Below are positions 11,500-23,920 of a DNA stretch of 64,000 nt, one piece after another. Made by a program: the position numbers and the translations under genes. Numbering within the stretch: position 1 is the first letter of the stretch; each line of letters begins with the position of its first letter. Origin of the DNA: Octopus sinensis (Eukaryota); assembly GCF_006345805.1 (NCBI RefSeq), contig NC_043002.1, positions 113,832,001-113,896,000 of the forward strand, in the 5' to 3' direction. Under the pieces are notes generated by a model, which had not been told where the DNA came from, searched no databases, and saw only the letters and a list, made by a program, of their open reading frames with translations.

Positions 11500-12287
11500 C
11501 TACAAATAAATACATAAATGGATTAGCTACTAAAACATAAATCAAATAATGAAAGAAACAGAGGTAAAATATATGTTGAACATGAAAAACAGAACTCAGA
11601 CTCATGTTAGTATTTGATATGATAGCAAGAGTTTCTATGTTGTTGCCTGATCTTCTAGAAATTAGCAGTCAAATCTCTCTCATATCATATCCTACGCATC
11701 ACCATCATCATTTAATGTACATTTTCCATGCTGGCATGGGTTGGATGGTGTGCCTGGAGTTGGTAAGGCCAGGGGCTGCACCAGGCTCCATTGTCTATTC
11801 TGGCATGTTTTCTATGGCTGGATGCCCTTCCTAATGCCAACCACTCCAGAGTTTACTGGGTGCTTGTAATGCGACACCAGTGCCAGTAACAATTCTATTG
11901 CAGGAGACAAATCATCTTGAGTACATCAATGCACCAGATATCTCAGCCCTTAGTCATCTCCTTCATCCCTACTGTCTTACAAAATAGTAGAACTTGGGCT
12001 AATGTGGTCCAAGGAAAACTATTCCTGAAAAAAAAATACTGCTTCCATTCAAAAAAAAAAACAAAACAAAAACCAAAAAGTGATGCTTTTGTTCATAAGT
12101 CTGCTTTATCAGGGACATCTTGAGGCTAGACAATAGCAACAAGTTGGTATGAAAAGTGCAACTGATCATGTGGTTATACCAGCATGGTCACCGAAACAGC
12201 CAAGCTGGCACAACGACAACAACTTAGCCATGGATATCTGAAAGTAGATAGTTTTTTTTTTGTTTTGCCATCAAAGATGACAGGTAC

Positions 12288-12630
12288 AGGTGTGGCTGTG
12301 TGGTAAGAAGTCTGCTTGGTTTCAGGTTCAGTCCCACAGCGTAGCACCTTGGGTAAGTGTCATCTTTTATAGCCTTGGGCTGACGAAAGCTCTGTGGACG
12401 GATTTGATAGATGGAAACTGAAGGAAGCTTGTCATGTGTGTATTTGTCCCCTACAACAGGAGTTGGTGTGTTTATGTCCATGTAACTTAGTGGTTTGGTA
12501 AAGGAGACTGCTAGAATAAGTACCAGACTTTGAAAAATAAGTACTGATGTCAATTCATTTGATTAAAAATTTTTCAAAGCTGTGCTCCAGTATGGTTGCA
12601 GTCTAATGACTGAAACATGTAAAAGATAAA
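12288..12630 (+). mobile_element. SINE family B (older copy)
   Basis: ggtgtggctgtgtggtaagaag...caccttgggtaagtg...gtctaatgactgaaacatgtaaaagataaaa. Confidence 0.8.
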
Positions 12631-14356
12631 AAAAATATGCATTATATATTAATGACTCTCAGATACTGTCAGTCCATTGAGTAATAGGAAACCAAGTAAC
12701 TGCATAAAGACCCCTTCATTTGCTTGTCACGATCAGGGTATTTTGGCTTCATTATAATATATTCCAAAATGAATGATAACAAGCATGTGAATTCATGTGA
12801 ATCTCTGTACAATACCTGGATAATTTTTTTTATTTATTGTTCTCAAAGAATATACTCTTTCTGATGGATATTTCTTTTAGATAAAGTTTGTGATGTAATT
12901 GGCCAATATCTATCATGCCTGTGATGGTAGATATATCTGATATATGTAGGCATATATCAGATATTTAAAGGAAAAACAATGATTTCCTTTAAAAATTCTA
13001 TTGAATAATGATGAGCATCATTTTAACGTCCTCTTTTCCGTGCTTACATGGATTGGATGGAGACAGATTTTCTATGGTCAGATGCACTTCCTGACACTAA
13101 CTCTCACCTGTTTCCAAACAAGGTAATATTTCCCCATGGCTGGATGTGTTTACACAGAACATTGGAAATGAGTGGTACTGTTTGTATGACGGTGACAATC
13201 GTTTCACAACTATCACAGAATGTCAAGAAAAAGACACAAACACACATACACGACAGGCTTCTTTCAGTTTCTATCTACCAAGGTTTGTCCCAAGGCTGTA
13301 GTAGAAGACACTTGCCCAAGGCACCATGCAATGAGACTGAATCCTGGACTATGTTATGAAACAAACTTCTTACCAGAGAGCCACACCAGCGCCTATTGCA
13401 AATAATTTGCAAATGTCTTCTCCATAAATTATGATTTGAAATTATGGTTTTATTTTTAGTCATGTCAAAAGGGCCCATGGAAAAGAAGCTAACCTGTGAT
13501 GCTGGTTAATGAAGAGACCAATGCTCTCTACTACAGGTAGAACATGACCCATGAATATTTCAGCTCATAGGTTAAATACACATCAAATCAGCAAGCTGTG
13601 ATTTTTCATTCATAGCTACAATGTTGTGCAGCTGGAGGCCAATAATTTGCTGGGTAGAGATTCTATTTTTTTTGTGTTTTTTAACAAAATTTCTGCACAG
13701 TTATTTTGGTTTCCTATTTCACTTATGTTGCTGAATATGATATTGATTTCCAAAATAATCAATAACCAGATCATTTATTTCACACTTTATTCATCTCTGG
13801 TCTTAAATTCAACGACGATTATTACACTGAGAATTGTTTCCTGGAATTGATATTTCAAAACAAAAACAACAAAAAAATATGACAAGAGTAATATTTGATA
13901 ACTGCAAGGTTCCCACCCACCATTTCAGCCACTGCTTAACTTGCAGATAGACTAACAAAGAGAGTATGTTAGTACTTAACTCTTTCTCTTGATCTGCCTC
14001 TCCCTTTGCTTCTAAGTAAACACTCATTTAAAAATTACTTCCCCAACCAGGTGGCTAAATAAAGATCAATACCAACTCCTAATGCAACCAAGCCAAGATA
14101 ACAGTATCTCTTGTGTTAAATCAATGATCAGAACACTATGGAGCAAACCAGATATAATTCCAAGTGGTGATGCCAATGGATACAGAGAGAGGAAAATCTA
14201 TCAGTCTTATGTACTGTAAAGCAAAGTAAAGTCAAAATAAAAGAAATCTATCTATGCTCCTATCCAGAAAGATTTCAGACATTTAAATGTAGAAGTTTGC
14301 ACATAATTTGTAGAGTTAGAAAGGAAAATCTATTAGAAAAAGAATACAAAGTACTA

Positions 14357-14672
14357 TCATCATCATCATCATCGTTTAACGTCCGCTTTCCATGCTAGCA
14401 TGGGTTGGACGGTTCAACTGGGGTCTGGGAAGCCCGAAGGCTGCACCAGGCCAGTCAGATCTGGCAGTGTTTCTACAGCTGGATGCTCTTCCTAACGCCA
14501 ACCACTCCATGAGTGTAGTGGATGCTTTTTATGTGCCACCGACACAGGTGCCAGACGAGGCTGGCGAACGGCCACGCTCGGATGGTGTTTTTTGTGCCAC
14601 CGACACAGGTGCCAGACGAGGCTGGCGAACGGCCACGCTCGGATGGTTTTCTTATGTGCCACCGGCACTGGT
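14357..14672 (-). mobile_element. SINE-like family A with about three 60-bp units
   Basis: catcatcatcgtttaacgtccgctttccatgctagcatggg...; duplicated tgtgccaccgacacaggtgccagacgaggctggcgaacggccacgctcggatgg. Confidence 0.85.
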
Positions 14673-15002
14673 ACCTCAAAAATACTATATCTATATCTAT
14701 TTATAAAAATATATAAGGCCCAGACAAGAGACCAAGTCTTCTGGTGATTTGTTGTGCTTAAAAAGACACATCAAGCTATGTAAAATTGTGGTTGTCCTTG
14801 CATATAGCCACGTCCCCTGTATCCCTCTTCAGCTGAGCATCTCTAGTCTTGTGGGCTGGTGTCACATAAAAAGCAACTGTGCTGGTGCCATGTAAAAAGC
14901 ACTCATGCCAGTGCTGCATAGGTGCACCCAGTGCACTCTGTAAAGTGGTTGGCATTAGGAAGGGTATCCATCCATGCCAAAACAGACATAGTGCTTGGGC
15001 AG

Positions 15003-15480
15003 CTCTTCAGTGGAGGTGGGAGGAGGACATCGCGAATCAGCTCACCCTCTGGACGCTGGGCCGCATGACCGAACCATCTTAAGTACCGTTGTAGAAGCAC
15101 TGAAGGGAGGGGCCGAAGATTCAGGCGATGATGAAGACCGGCTGTAGGAACCTGATCAATGCGTCGGCAGCGAAGAATGCAGCAGAGACAGTCATTGTCG
15201 AACACCTCCAGCTTTCACTGATCGACTACCCTCATAGGCCATGTTTCGCAACCATAGAGGAGGATAGTACGAACGAGGGCCTGGTAGATTCGCCCTTTGG
15301 TCACCGAGGAGATCTCTCTTCTGTCCCACAGGCACTGCTGGAGGCGCACGAATGCAGATCTGGCAACACCTATGCGATGCTCGACCTCGGCTGTGGCCTG
15401 GCCCGTTGGAACCACTGTTGAACCCAGGTAGACGAAGGACTCCACATCCTCCAGCTCCACGCCCTCAAGAACAATTGAGA
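15003..15480 (-). mobile_element. RTE-clade LINE ORF fragment (end of RT and C-terminal region)
   Basis: ORF track: EGVELEDVESFVYLGS...RIGVARSAFVRL...ILLYGCETW and YLRWFGHAAQRPEG, hallmark RTE motifs across a frameshift. Confidence 0.9.
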
Positions 15481-15502
15481 TATTATGTGTACATATATAT
15501 GT

Positions 15503-15790
15503 GAAGGTGCATGGCCTAGTGGTAAGGATGCTACATTCACTATTGCAAGATTGTGGTTTCAGTTCCCAGACCAGGTAGTGTGTTGCGTTCTTGAGCAATA
15601 CACATCATTTCATATGGCTCCAGTTCAATCAGCTGTTAATGGCTAACCATGAGACGGACTGGTATTCCATTCAGTGGGAGGTGTTGGCTTACATGCCTGT
15701 CCAGTGGACATTTGAAAGCTAAAACAATGCTAGGAAGTGCACTGTGATCAGTGGTGGATAACAACATCTGATAGTCTGGTCAATTCAGAG
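15503..15790 (+). mobile_element. SINE family E (tRNA-like head + CORE-like domain) with an F-type tail
   Basis: Head ggtgcatggcctagtggtaagg...gtttcagttcccag, gttcttgagcaatacac...gctccagttcaatcagctg; tail gctaaaacaatgc...ataacaacatctgatagtctggtca shared with 45670-45750. Confidence 0.7.
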
Positions 15791-16060
15791 ATATAGTATG
15801 TTTATATGAGAGCTGCACTGAAAGTAATGAGAAGATGGGAAGGATATAGGTTTTTATTTGCATCTACTACCATAAGTGTACTGAACTCTGTCACAACAAA
15901 TCTGCATGAAAATCTAGAAATTCTAGGTTCTCAAAACGAAGAACAAAGCAACCTATTGTGTGTTCACCAAATGCAATTGATTACAGGTACAGAGAAAGTT
16001 TGTAAAGCATTCCAAGGAGTTGCCATTTGAGGTTCCTGAGTGAAAACAGGCACACAATCA

Positions 16061-16091
<31 letters not shown>

Positions 16092-16149
16092 GAATGCAAA
16101 AATATGCATACACACACACACACACAGAGGCAGTAAATGAAGCATAAAC

Positions 16150-16437
16150 AAGGATGTGCTGAAAAAACATATGAAGAACTCTAGCATCTCCCCAAGTATC
16201 TGAGAGAAGAAGGCCCATTGGCATGATGAATGGCACTGATTACTGAAGCTCATAATTCCAACTGTTGATGTGAAACAACAGAGGGAATATGAAAGAAAAC
16301 ATGAGAGGTGTCATTTCTCCATGGTGTCAAGAAGCTTCAACTGTAGCATACGTCATCATTGCTGCAGATCAAGAGCAGGCCTTGTGGCCCATATGCAAGC
16401 AGGCCTTGTGGCTCATATGCGAGCCTGCCACAGATGA
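16150..16437 (+). mobile_element. RTE (BovB-like) LINE extreme 3' coding remnant
   Basis: DVLKKHMKNSSISPS... and terminal CRSRAGLVAHMQ-AGLVAHMRACHR* (C-terminal zinc-finger-like end with a 24-bp internal duplication). Confidence 0.65.
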
Positions 16438-16871
16438 TTACAGAACGAGACCAGTCAACATTGATGACCTGAAGAAGATAAAGTATATACACACTCATGT
16501 ACTAATATAATGTGCACATCCATTCCACAGGTGTCAAATTATCCACACACACACACAAACTAATTCAGCTAACCCCAGATTCTAGAAGCTGTCTTCATGA
16601 AACTCTTTAGTATTCATATTACTCCGTCAAATATAATGTTTATTCATTCATATTGTTTTGAATTAATTATGGATTATCTCATAACTTCGAAATTTTAATG
16701 ATGTAATTGTTTACTTTTAGAATGACATTGTAGACTAGGTATGAGAGGTCAGATCTGGCCAGCTTCAACATAAAATAGATGGAGTATTTGGGCCAGATAA
16801 AATAGATAGAATATTTGGGCCAGATATGAACATGAACATTGAAATAAATATCAATGGAAATAGTAGTTGTG

Positions 16872-17268
16872 ATACCTGTGCCGGTGGCACATAAAAAGCA
16901 CCATCCGAACGTGGCCGATGCCAGCGCCGCCTCGACTGGCTTCTGTGCCGGTGGCACATAAAAAGCACCATCCGAATCGTGGCTGAAGCCAGTGCCGCCT
17001 TGGCTGGCTTCCGTGCCGGTGGCACGTTAAAAGCACCAACCGATCGTGGCCGATGCCAAACCCCCCTGGCACCTGTGCAGGTGGCACGTAAAAAGCACCC
17101 ACTACACTCGCGGAGTGGTTGGCGTTAGGAAGGGCATCCAGTCGTAGAAACACTGCCAGATCAGACTGGAGCCTGGTGCAGCCCCTGGCTTCCCAGACCC
17201 CGGTTGAACCGTCCAACCCGTGCTAGCGCGGAAAACGGACGTTAAACGATGATGATGATGATGATGAT
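16872..17268 (+). mobile_element. SINE-like family A (subfamily A2) inserted into a family-2 TTAA MITE
   Basis: Three 5' units and tail aacccgtgctagcgcggaaaacggacgttaaacga(tga)n; the MITE resumes as ggcctgtttaaatgctaaagggttaa at 17269-17296. Confidence 0.85.
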
Positions 17269-17422
17269 GGCCTGTTTAAATGCTAAAGGGTTAATTAACT
17301 AAAATGCCTTGCCATTTTGTTATGTATGAATCTTGCAATGGTAAAAACTTTCATTAAATCCTAAAGAATAAAACAAGAAACAAGAAGGACAGACAGAAAA
17401 AAAATAGACATAAAAGCGCACA

Positions 17423-17459
<37 letters not shown>

Positions 17460-17780
17460 CATTACATTTTTTTCAAAACTTATAATCTGAAATGATGAAG
17501 AAGCAGAAATGATGCATTGTGTCAGATAAAATGTTGAAAATATTTTTCCAAATACATAGTGAGATAATAAGTATTGTGATAAGGAAGAATAAATGATTGC
17601 CATTTTTGTTGGTGCCAGGCAGTAATTGTAAATAATTTTTCACATCAAGTTGGACTAAACAATATTCATTTCTTCTTTTTTTTTTAAAAGATAAATTTTT
17701 AGAAAATTCAGTGAAGAAAATGTAGCAATTACTTTGAAATGTAAAAAAATTTCTTTGAAGATGTAAAATATTTTACTCAC

Positions 17781-17845
17781 TTCCCCTGATGCACCAAAGC
17801 ATTGCTCTACGTATGCAATTCGCTTGTGATTGGAGTCACTGTTAA
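17781..17845 (-). CDS. PLEKHF2: PLEKHF2/Phafin2-like internal coding exon (N-terminal; phase 1 in, phase 0 out)
   Basis: Minus strand: ttcttttgcag| tt aac agt gac tcc aat cac aag cga att gca tac gta gag caa tgc ttt ggt gca tca ggg gaa |gtgagt = xNSDSNHKRIAYVEQCFGASGE. Matches the Phafin2 N-terminus as I recall it (NSEANTRRISIVENCFGAAGQ) and is in frame with the next exon. Confidence 0.9.
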
Positions 17846-18284
17846 CTGCAAAAGAAGAAAGGAAATAAATTGAAGAACCATAGGAATGAGAAGAAAATTA
17901 TTCTATTTATTTCAATTGTTACTGGAGACAGAGCTACTGGCTGTAAATAATTAGAAAAGATTAACAAGAAAAGGTAATTTATATTAATTTTAGTTCTGTA
18001 CCAGAACAGGAAGTAATTTAATAGTTCTGATAGAACTAAGAAGTGAGTTCAACTCATTGATTACTTTAATAAACCGAGGACATTAATTAAGGCTTAGGGT
18101 GTGTGTGTGTGCACGCGCACTAGTGGTGCAGCATTTTCCAACAATGGCTACTCAAGGGATCGTTAAGTTAGCAACAATAACACCTGACATGAATAGTAAA
18201 TTGATGAAATAAGTAATAAAACTCTAAATTCTTCTGAAGTACAAAAAAAAAAGTCAATTTTCCAGATAAGATTTACAATATATA

Positions 18285-18546
18285 TGCCGTTGCCAGCCTC
18301 ACCTGGCCCCCGTGCCGGTGGCACGTAAAAAGCACCATCCGTCCGTGGCCGTTTGCCAGCTCCGTCTGGCACGTAAAAAGCACCCACTACACTCACGGAG
18401 TGGTTGGTGTTAGGAAGGGCATCCAGCCGTAGAAACACTGCCATATCAGACTGGGCCTGATGCAGCCTTCTGGCTTCACAGACCCCAGTTGAACCGTCCA
18501 ACCCATGCTAGCATGGAAAGCGGATGCTAAATGATGATGATGATGA
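18285..18546 (+). mobile_element. SINE-like family A, same subfamily as 4190-4650
   Basis: Shares diagnostic gggcctgatg, ggcttcaca and gctaaatgatg with the 4190 copy. Confidence 0.85.
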
Positions 18547-19866
18547 TATATATATAAATGAATTAGGTATATTATCATCAAGATAAGTATCACTTGAAAG
18601 CTATCATCATCTCAAAGAGACCTAATAGTTGAAGGTAGCTGACTGGCAAAGTAACTCAACAGGTTTCTAGCTCAAAACAAAAGATGTTTATTGTCTTAAT
18701 TTACACTGTGCTTCAGCTTTGTCAATATTTTAGCCAAGCTCTAAGCTAGCAGAAATATAAGCATGCTGAGTGAAATGCTTAGCAGTATTTAATCCATCTT
18801 TACATTCTGTGTTCAAATTCTGCCGGGATCAACTTTGCCTTTCATCCTTTCAGAATTGATAAAACAGGTAGGTACCTGCATTGATAAAGGGCAAATACTC
18901 CGAAACATGTCTGCAGATGCCTGACCAGCAAGGGGGAGTGGCCAACCTCCCCTGTTCGAAGGTTATAATGGACACAGGTTCATGTGTCATATAGCTAGCT
19001 AGAGGCGATGGCCTCTTGGAGCTAATCAACGGCAGCATTCGTCATATATTTATGGACTGCCATGTTAGCTTGGCGCTAACTGTTAATTTCCAGAATCGCT
19101 GCTGTAGTCTCCTTTAGGGAGACTTAGAAATTTTAATATTTCTAATTTAAAAGTCAATTTATCTTTAGTCTAACATCTTGCTTTAGTCATAATGATCTCT
19201 GGTTTTTATAAAGAATCTTTGTCTTTTTTTCATTAGCTTTATAAATATTAACTAGATCTCATAGTCAAACACTAGTTTTTAGATTAATATAAAGACTACT
19301 GTTGGTTATGAGAAGCATTTATATAATGGAAGCAAGCTGGCAGACTTGTTAGTACATTAGACAAAATGGTTAGTGGCATTTCTTAAGGCTCCTTATATTC
19401 TGATTCCAAATTCTGCTGAGGTCAACTTTGTCTTTCACTCTTACAGGGTCAATAAAATAAGTACCAGTTGAGCAGTGGGATCAATGTAATTGACTCATCC
19501 CTCTCTCCAAATTGCTGGCCTTGTGTCAAAATTTGGAACTATTTATATAATGGAAGAATGAATGTCTAACATAAGTCATCATCATCAACAACAACATTTA
19601 ACACCCATTTTCCATGCCAGCATGGGTTAGATAACTTGAGTGGAGCTGAGGCTGAACTAAATTCCAGAGTCGGTTTCTACAGCTGTATGCCCTTCCTAAT
19701 GCCAACCACTTTACAGAGTGTACTGAGTGCTTTTTACATGGCACCAGCACCCAAACCTATGCTTTTTATGCAGCACTTTGGTTTTAGGATTTCAATTCTG
19801 TTAAATAATAATACAAAAAAATTTAACTATGCAAATTAGATTTGAACAAACTGCTAAAATTTTCAA

Positions 19867-20160
19867 CATCATCATCATCATCGTTTAACATCCGTTTTCC
19901 GCGCTAGCACGGGTTGGACGGTTCAACCGGGGTCTGGGAAGCCAGGAGGCTGCACCAGGCTCCAGTCTGATCTGGCAGTGTTTCTACAGCTGGATGCCCT
20001 TCCTAAAGCCAACCACTCCGCGAGTGTAGTGGGTGCTTTTTACGTGCCACCTGCACAGGTGCCAGGGGGGTCTGGCATCAGCCACGATCGGTTGGTGCTT
20101 TTAACGTGCCACCGGCTAGAAAGCCAGCCAAGGCGGCGCTGGCAACAGCCACGTTCGGAT
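19867..20160 (-). mobile_element. SINE-like family A (A2)
   Basis: catcatcatcgtttaacatccgttttccgcgctagcacggg...; reverse complement is highly similar to 16872-17268. Confidence 0.85.
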
Positions 20161-20977
20161 GAGCTGGTGTTTGTTTTATACATGCTATTGAGCTAGAAAA
20201 CAGAAACAAACCTAGTAGAGACACAGCACATGAACCATTTAAATACTTTAGTTCAGTTCATGTGGGTTTTTTTAAACTAGTATAATTCTTATTATAACTT
20301 TGTAATGAAACTGTAAAAGCTTACATAACATTTCTGTTTTCTTAAGATCAGTGAACACCTTTACAAAATCAGTCTAGTAACATCATTTCTTAATGTGAAC
20401 TTTCTTTAATTAGAAAATTAAAATTGGCTTTGAATGAACTAAAAACCATTGTAGATTTTTACGTAATAGGTGAGGGGTAAACATTTTATTATAGACTGAA
20501 CTAATCGATAATTTCAGAATCCCTCAAAATTAGATGTATTCAGTCATTTTTTTAACATGCTATTTGATGAAGATTCATCTTAACACTACATGAAGTGAAT
20601 ATAATGTTAACTTTTCCAGCCAAATTTATATCAATTAATCTGTGCATGTGTGTGTGGAAGGGAGCCATCAAAGCTTCTCAATCAAAATAGAATATGATGG
20701 TTTTTTTTTTTTTAATAAACAGTTTGTGTGATGACTCTTCATTGCAAATTTCATGATTTTTGATAAAAGACACTTTACATCTTTCTTTTTATCTAATTCA
20801 TTCAAAACCAATTTTAATTATGAAATTAATTAAAGCTCATGTGAAAGAATAGTGTAGTGAACATTTTATGATGAGGTTTACTGATCATGTTATGTAAGCT
20901 TTTATGAGCTGCATTGCAAAGTTTCAATGACTACTATCCTAGTTTTACTAAACGCCTACACTGAAAAGAAGCTAAAC

Positions 20978-21378
20978 TCTTTTACTCTTTTACTTGTTTC
21001 AGTCATTTGACTGCGGCCATGCTGGAGCACCACCCTTCATCAAGCAACTCGACCCTGGGACTTATTCTTTTTATAAGCCCAGTACTTATTCTATCGGTCT
21101 CTCTTGCCGAACCGCTAAGTAACGGGGACGTAAATACACCAGCATCGGTTGTCAAGCAATGCTAGGGGGACAAACACAGACACACAAACACACACACACG
21201 CATATATATATATACATATATACGACGGGCTTCTTTCAGTTTCCGTCTACAAAATCCACTCACAAGGCTTTGGTCGGCCCAAGGCTATAGTAGAAGACAC
21301 TTGCCCAAGGTGCCATGCAGTGGGACTGAACCCGGAACCATGTGGTTGGTAAGCAAGCTACTTACCACACAGCCACTC
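20978..21378 (-). mobile_element. SINE family B, near full length
   Basis: Same organisation as 8280-8676. Confidence 0.9.
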
Positions 21379-21443
21379 CATATTTTTCTTTCACTTTTTT
21401 TTTGTATTTCAGCTATTACTATGGAAAGATTATTAGCAGCAGT

Positions 21444-21482
<39 letters not shown>

Positions 21483-21638
21483 AGAGAAGCCCTTCAGTCA
21501 CAGATGATCATGGGATTGCACCTAGAAAAGTTTGGTTCATTCTATATGCAGTAACTGTGGGGACAATAGCTCAAATTGATTAACATGGACAAGAGGTGTC
21601 TTTTCAGATATATTTCATTTTCAGGTGTGACTGTGTGG

Positions 21639-21866
21639 TTAACCCTTTCATGACCAACCCGGCTGAAACCGGCTCTGGCTCTGAGTACAAATGTCTTGTT
21701 TTCATAAGTTTTGAATTAAAATCTTCCACCAAACCTTAGTCACAATTTATGTTCCTAACACTAGCTGAATGATAACCAAGTTATTTTACTAAATTCTTTG
21801 TCATATTTAAAATAATTGGAAGAAACACAGAGCATCTCAGCAGAAATACGGTAACAAAAGGGTTAA
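21639..21866 (+). mobile_element. TTAA-flanked piggyBac-type MITE, family 1, inserted in a family-B head
   Basis: TTAAccctttcatgacc...gtaacaaaagggTTAA; the flanks rejoin as gtgtggttaagaaaactgcttcccaaccacatg. Confidence 0.85.
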
Positions 21867-22788
21867 GAAAACTGCTTCCCAACCACATGCTTATGGGTTC
21901 AGTCCCACAGTGTATTCACTCTATATAGATGACCGCCCAAATACATGTGCTTGAAAAGTTGAACAACAAAAGTGCTTACCCACAAAATACACACGATACA
22001 AAAAGTTTTTTTCCCCAAAGATTCATGACGTAGCTTTTTTTTAAATTTTTCAAAATAATTAATAGCTTTTAAGAAAACCTTTCTTTAAATATTGTGACTG
22101 TGTTAAATATAATTTTCAAAATCTTCTAAATATGTAAAGTTAGGAGATTAATATATTTCACCAATCCATAAGATTACAATGGTTTTGCAGCCAACATCAT
22201 GGGAAAATAATTAATTTTAATGTATAATAAATTATTTTAAGGCTAGCTCATCAGATCCATAGAATATTGTGGTTACATCCATTCTTCAACTCCAATATAC
22301 ACATCATTGAAATAATAATGTATGGAAGACAATAACTGTTAAAAAAGTTTTGTAAGGAGATTTAGTAAGATATATTCTATATACTCCAAATGAAATAATA
22401 ACTGATTGGATTTAAAGGATTTCAGCTGCATAGAACTATACATTACACCCCTATGTATTGGTTTGCTATGTAGTTTGTAGCCTGACCTACTAAAGGAGTT
22501 TATTTGTGAGTAGCATTAGATTAAATAAATACATATATTGTGCAGTATATATATATATATACATATACCTGCTCTCCTAATATCTCATGTGATGGATGTG
22601 TCCTTGTGCCATAAAACTTTGAGCCGTATTAAGCTGAATCAAGCTGTTATTGTGTGTGTGTGTGTTTGTGTGCATGTGTCTCCTTCTTTTGACATTGTAT
22701 GATAGTTGTAAATGAGTGTCACTGCTATACAAGCAGTGTCATTTAGAAAAGGTATTTCTGGTATTGATTCCATACAGTGGAGATGTAC

Positions 22789-23203
22789 ACCTATTTCTTT
22801 ACTACCCACAAGGGGCTAAACACAAAGAGGACAAACAAGGACAGACAAACGGATTGAGTCGATTAGATCGACCCCAGTGCATAACTGGTACTTATTTAAT
22901 CGACCCTGAAAGGATGAAAGCCAAAGTCAACCTCAGCGGAATTTGAACTCAGAACGTAATGGCTGACGACATACCTATTTCTTTACTACCCACAAGGGGC
23001 TAAACACAGAGAGGACAAACAAGGACAGACACACGGATTAAGTCGATTACATCGACCCCAGTGCGTAACTGGTACTTATTTAATCAACCCTGAAAGGATG
23101 AAAGGCAAAGTCAACCTCAGCGGAATTTGAACTCAGAACGTAATGGCTGACGAAATACCACTAGGCATTTCACCTGGCGTGCTAACGTTTCTGCCAGCTT
23201 GCC
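22789..23203 (-). repeat. Family-D SINE with a tandemly duplicated ~184-bp body
   Basis: Units 22789-22972 and 22973-23159 plus a single head; junction gacatac|ctatttctttactacccac. Confidence 0.9.
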
Positions 23204-23692
23204 ATCTATACACCTGCTTGAAAATTAGCACATATTATATACTTCACAAGAGTCTTTGTTTTGAGCAATGGTTTTCATAGATTTTGTTTGTTAAAAATTC
23301 TGTGCAACAAATTGGTTATATTTCTCCAATACACACAAAATGTTTTAATTTTAAAAAAAATACAATTCCTAATAATATTTGATTATAAAAATATAAGATT
23401 TTTTAAACATTGACTGACTCTGAGGGTCCACCCTAGTAAAATAGGAATCAAAGTGGTTCATAGCTAAAAAATGGTTGAGAGCCACTGGTTTAGAGAAAGT
23501 CTCTGTCTCTCCCTATGTGTGTGTGTGTGTCCGTGCACACCCGGTTATATTTGGTGTCATTCACATCTGATGCCTTCTATCAGCTAGACATGTGACATAC
23601 AAATTGCACCAAACAAGAAACAAGATTGTCAGAAGGGAAAAAAGATATACCAAGCACTTTATGGGCATGAATGTAGTGTTCATGTATAATCA

Positions 23693-23920
23693 TTAACCCT
23701 TTTGTTACTGTATTTATTTTGAGATGCTCTGTGTTTCTTCCAATTACTTTAAATATAACAAAGAATTTAGTAAAATAACTTAGTTATCATTCAGCTATTG
23801 TTTGGAACATAAATTGTGACTAAGGTTTGGTGGTATATTTTAATTCAAAACTTATGAAAACAAGACATTTGTACTCAGAGCCAGAGCCGGTTTCAACCGG
23901 GTTGGTAATGAAAGGGTTAA
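23693..23920 (-). mobile_element. piggyBac-type MITE, family 1
   Basis: Reverse complement of 21639-21866 with TTAA at both ends. Confidence 0.85.
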
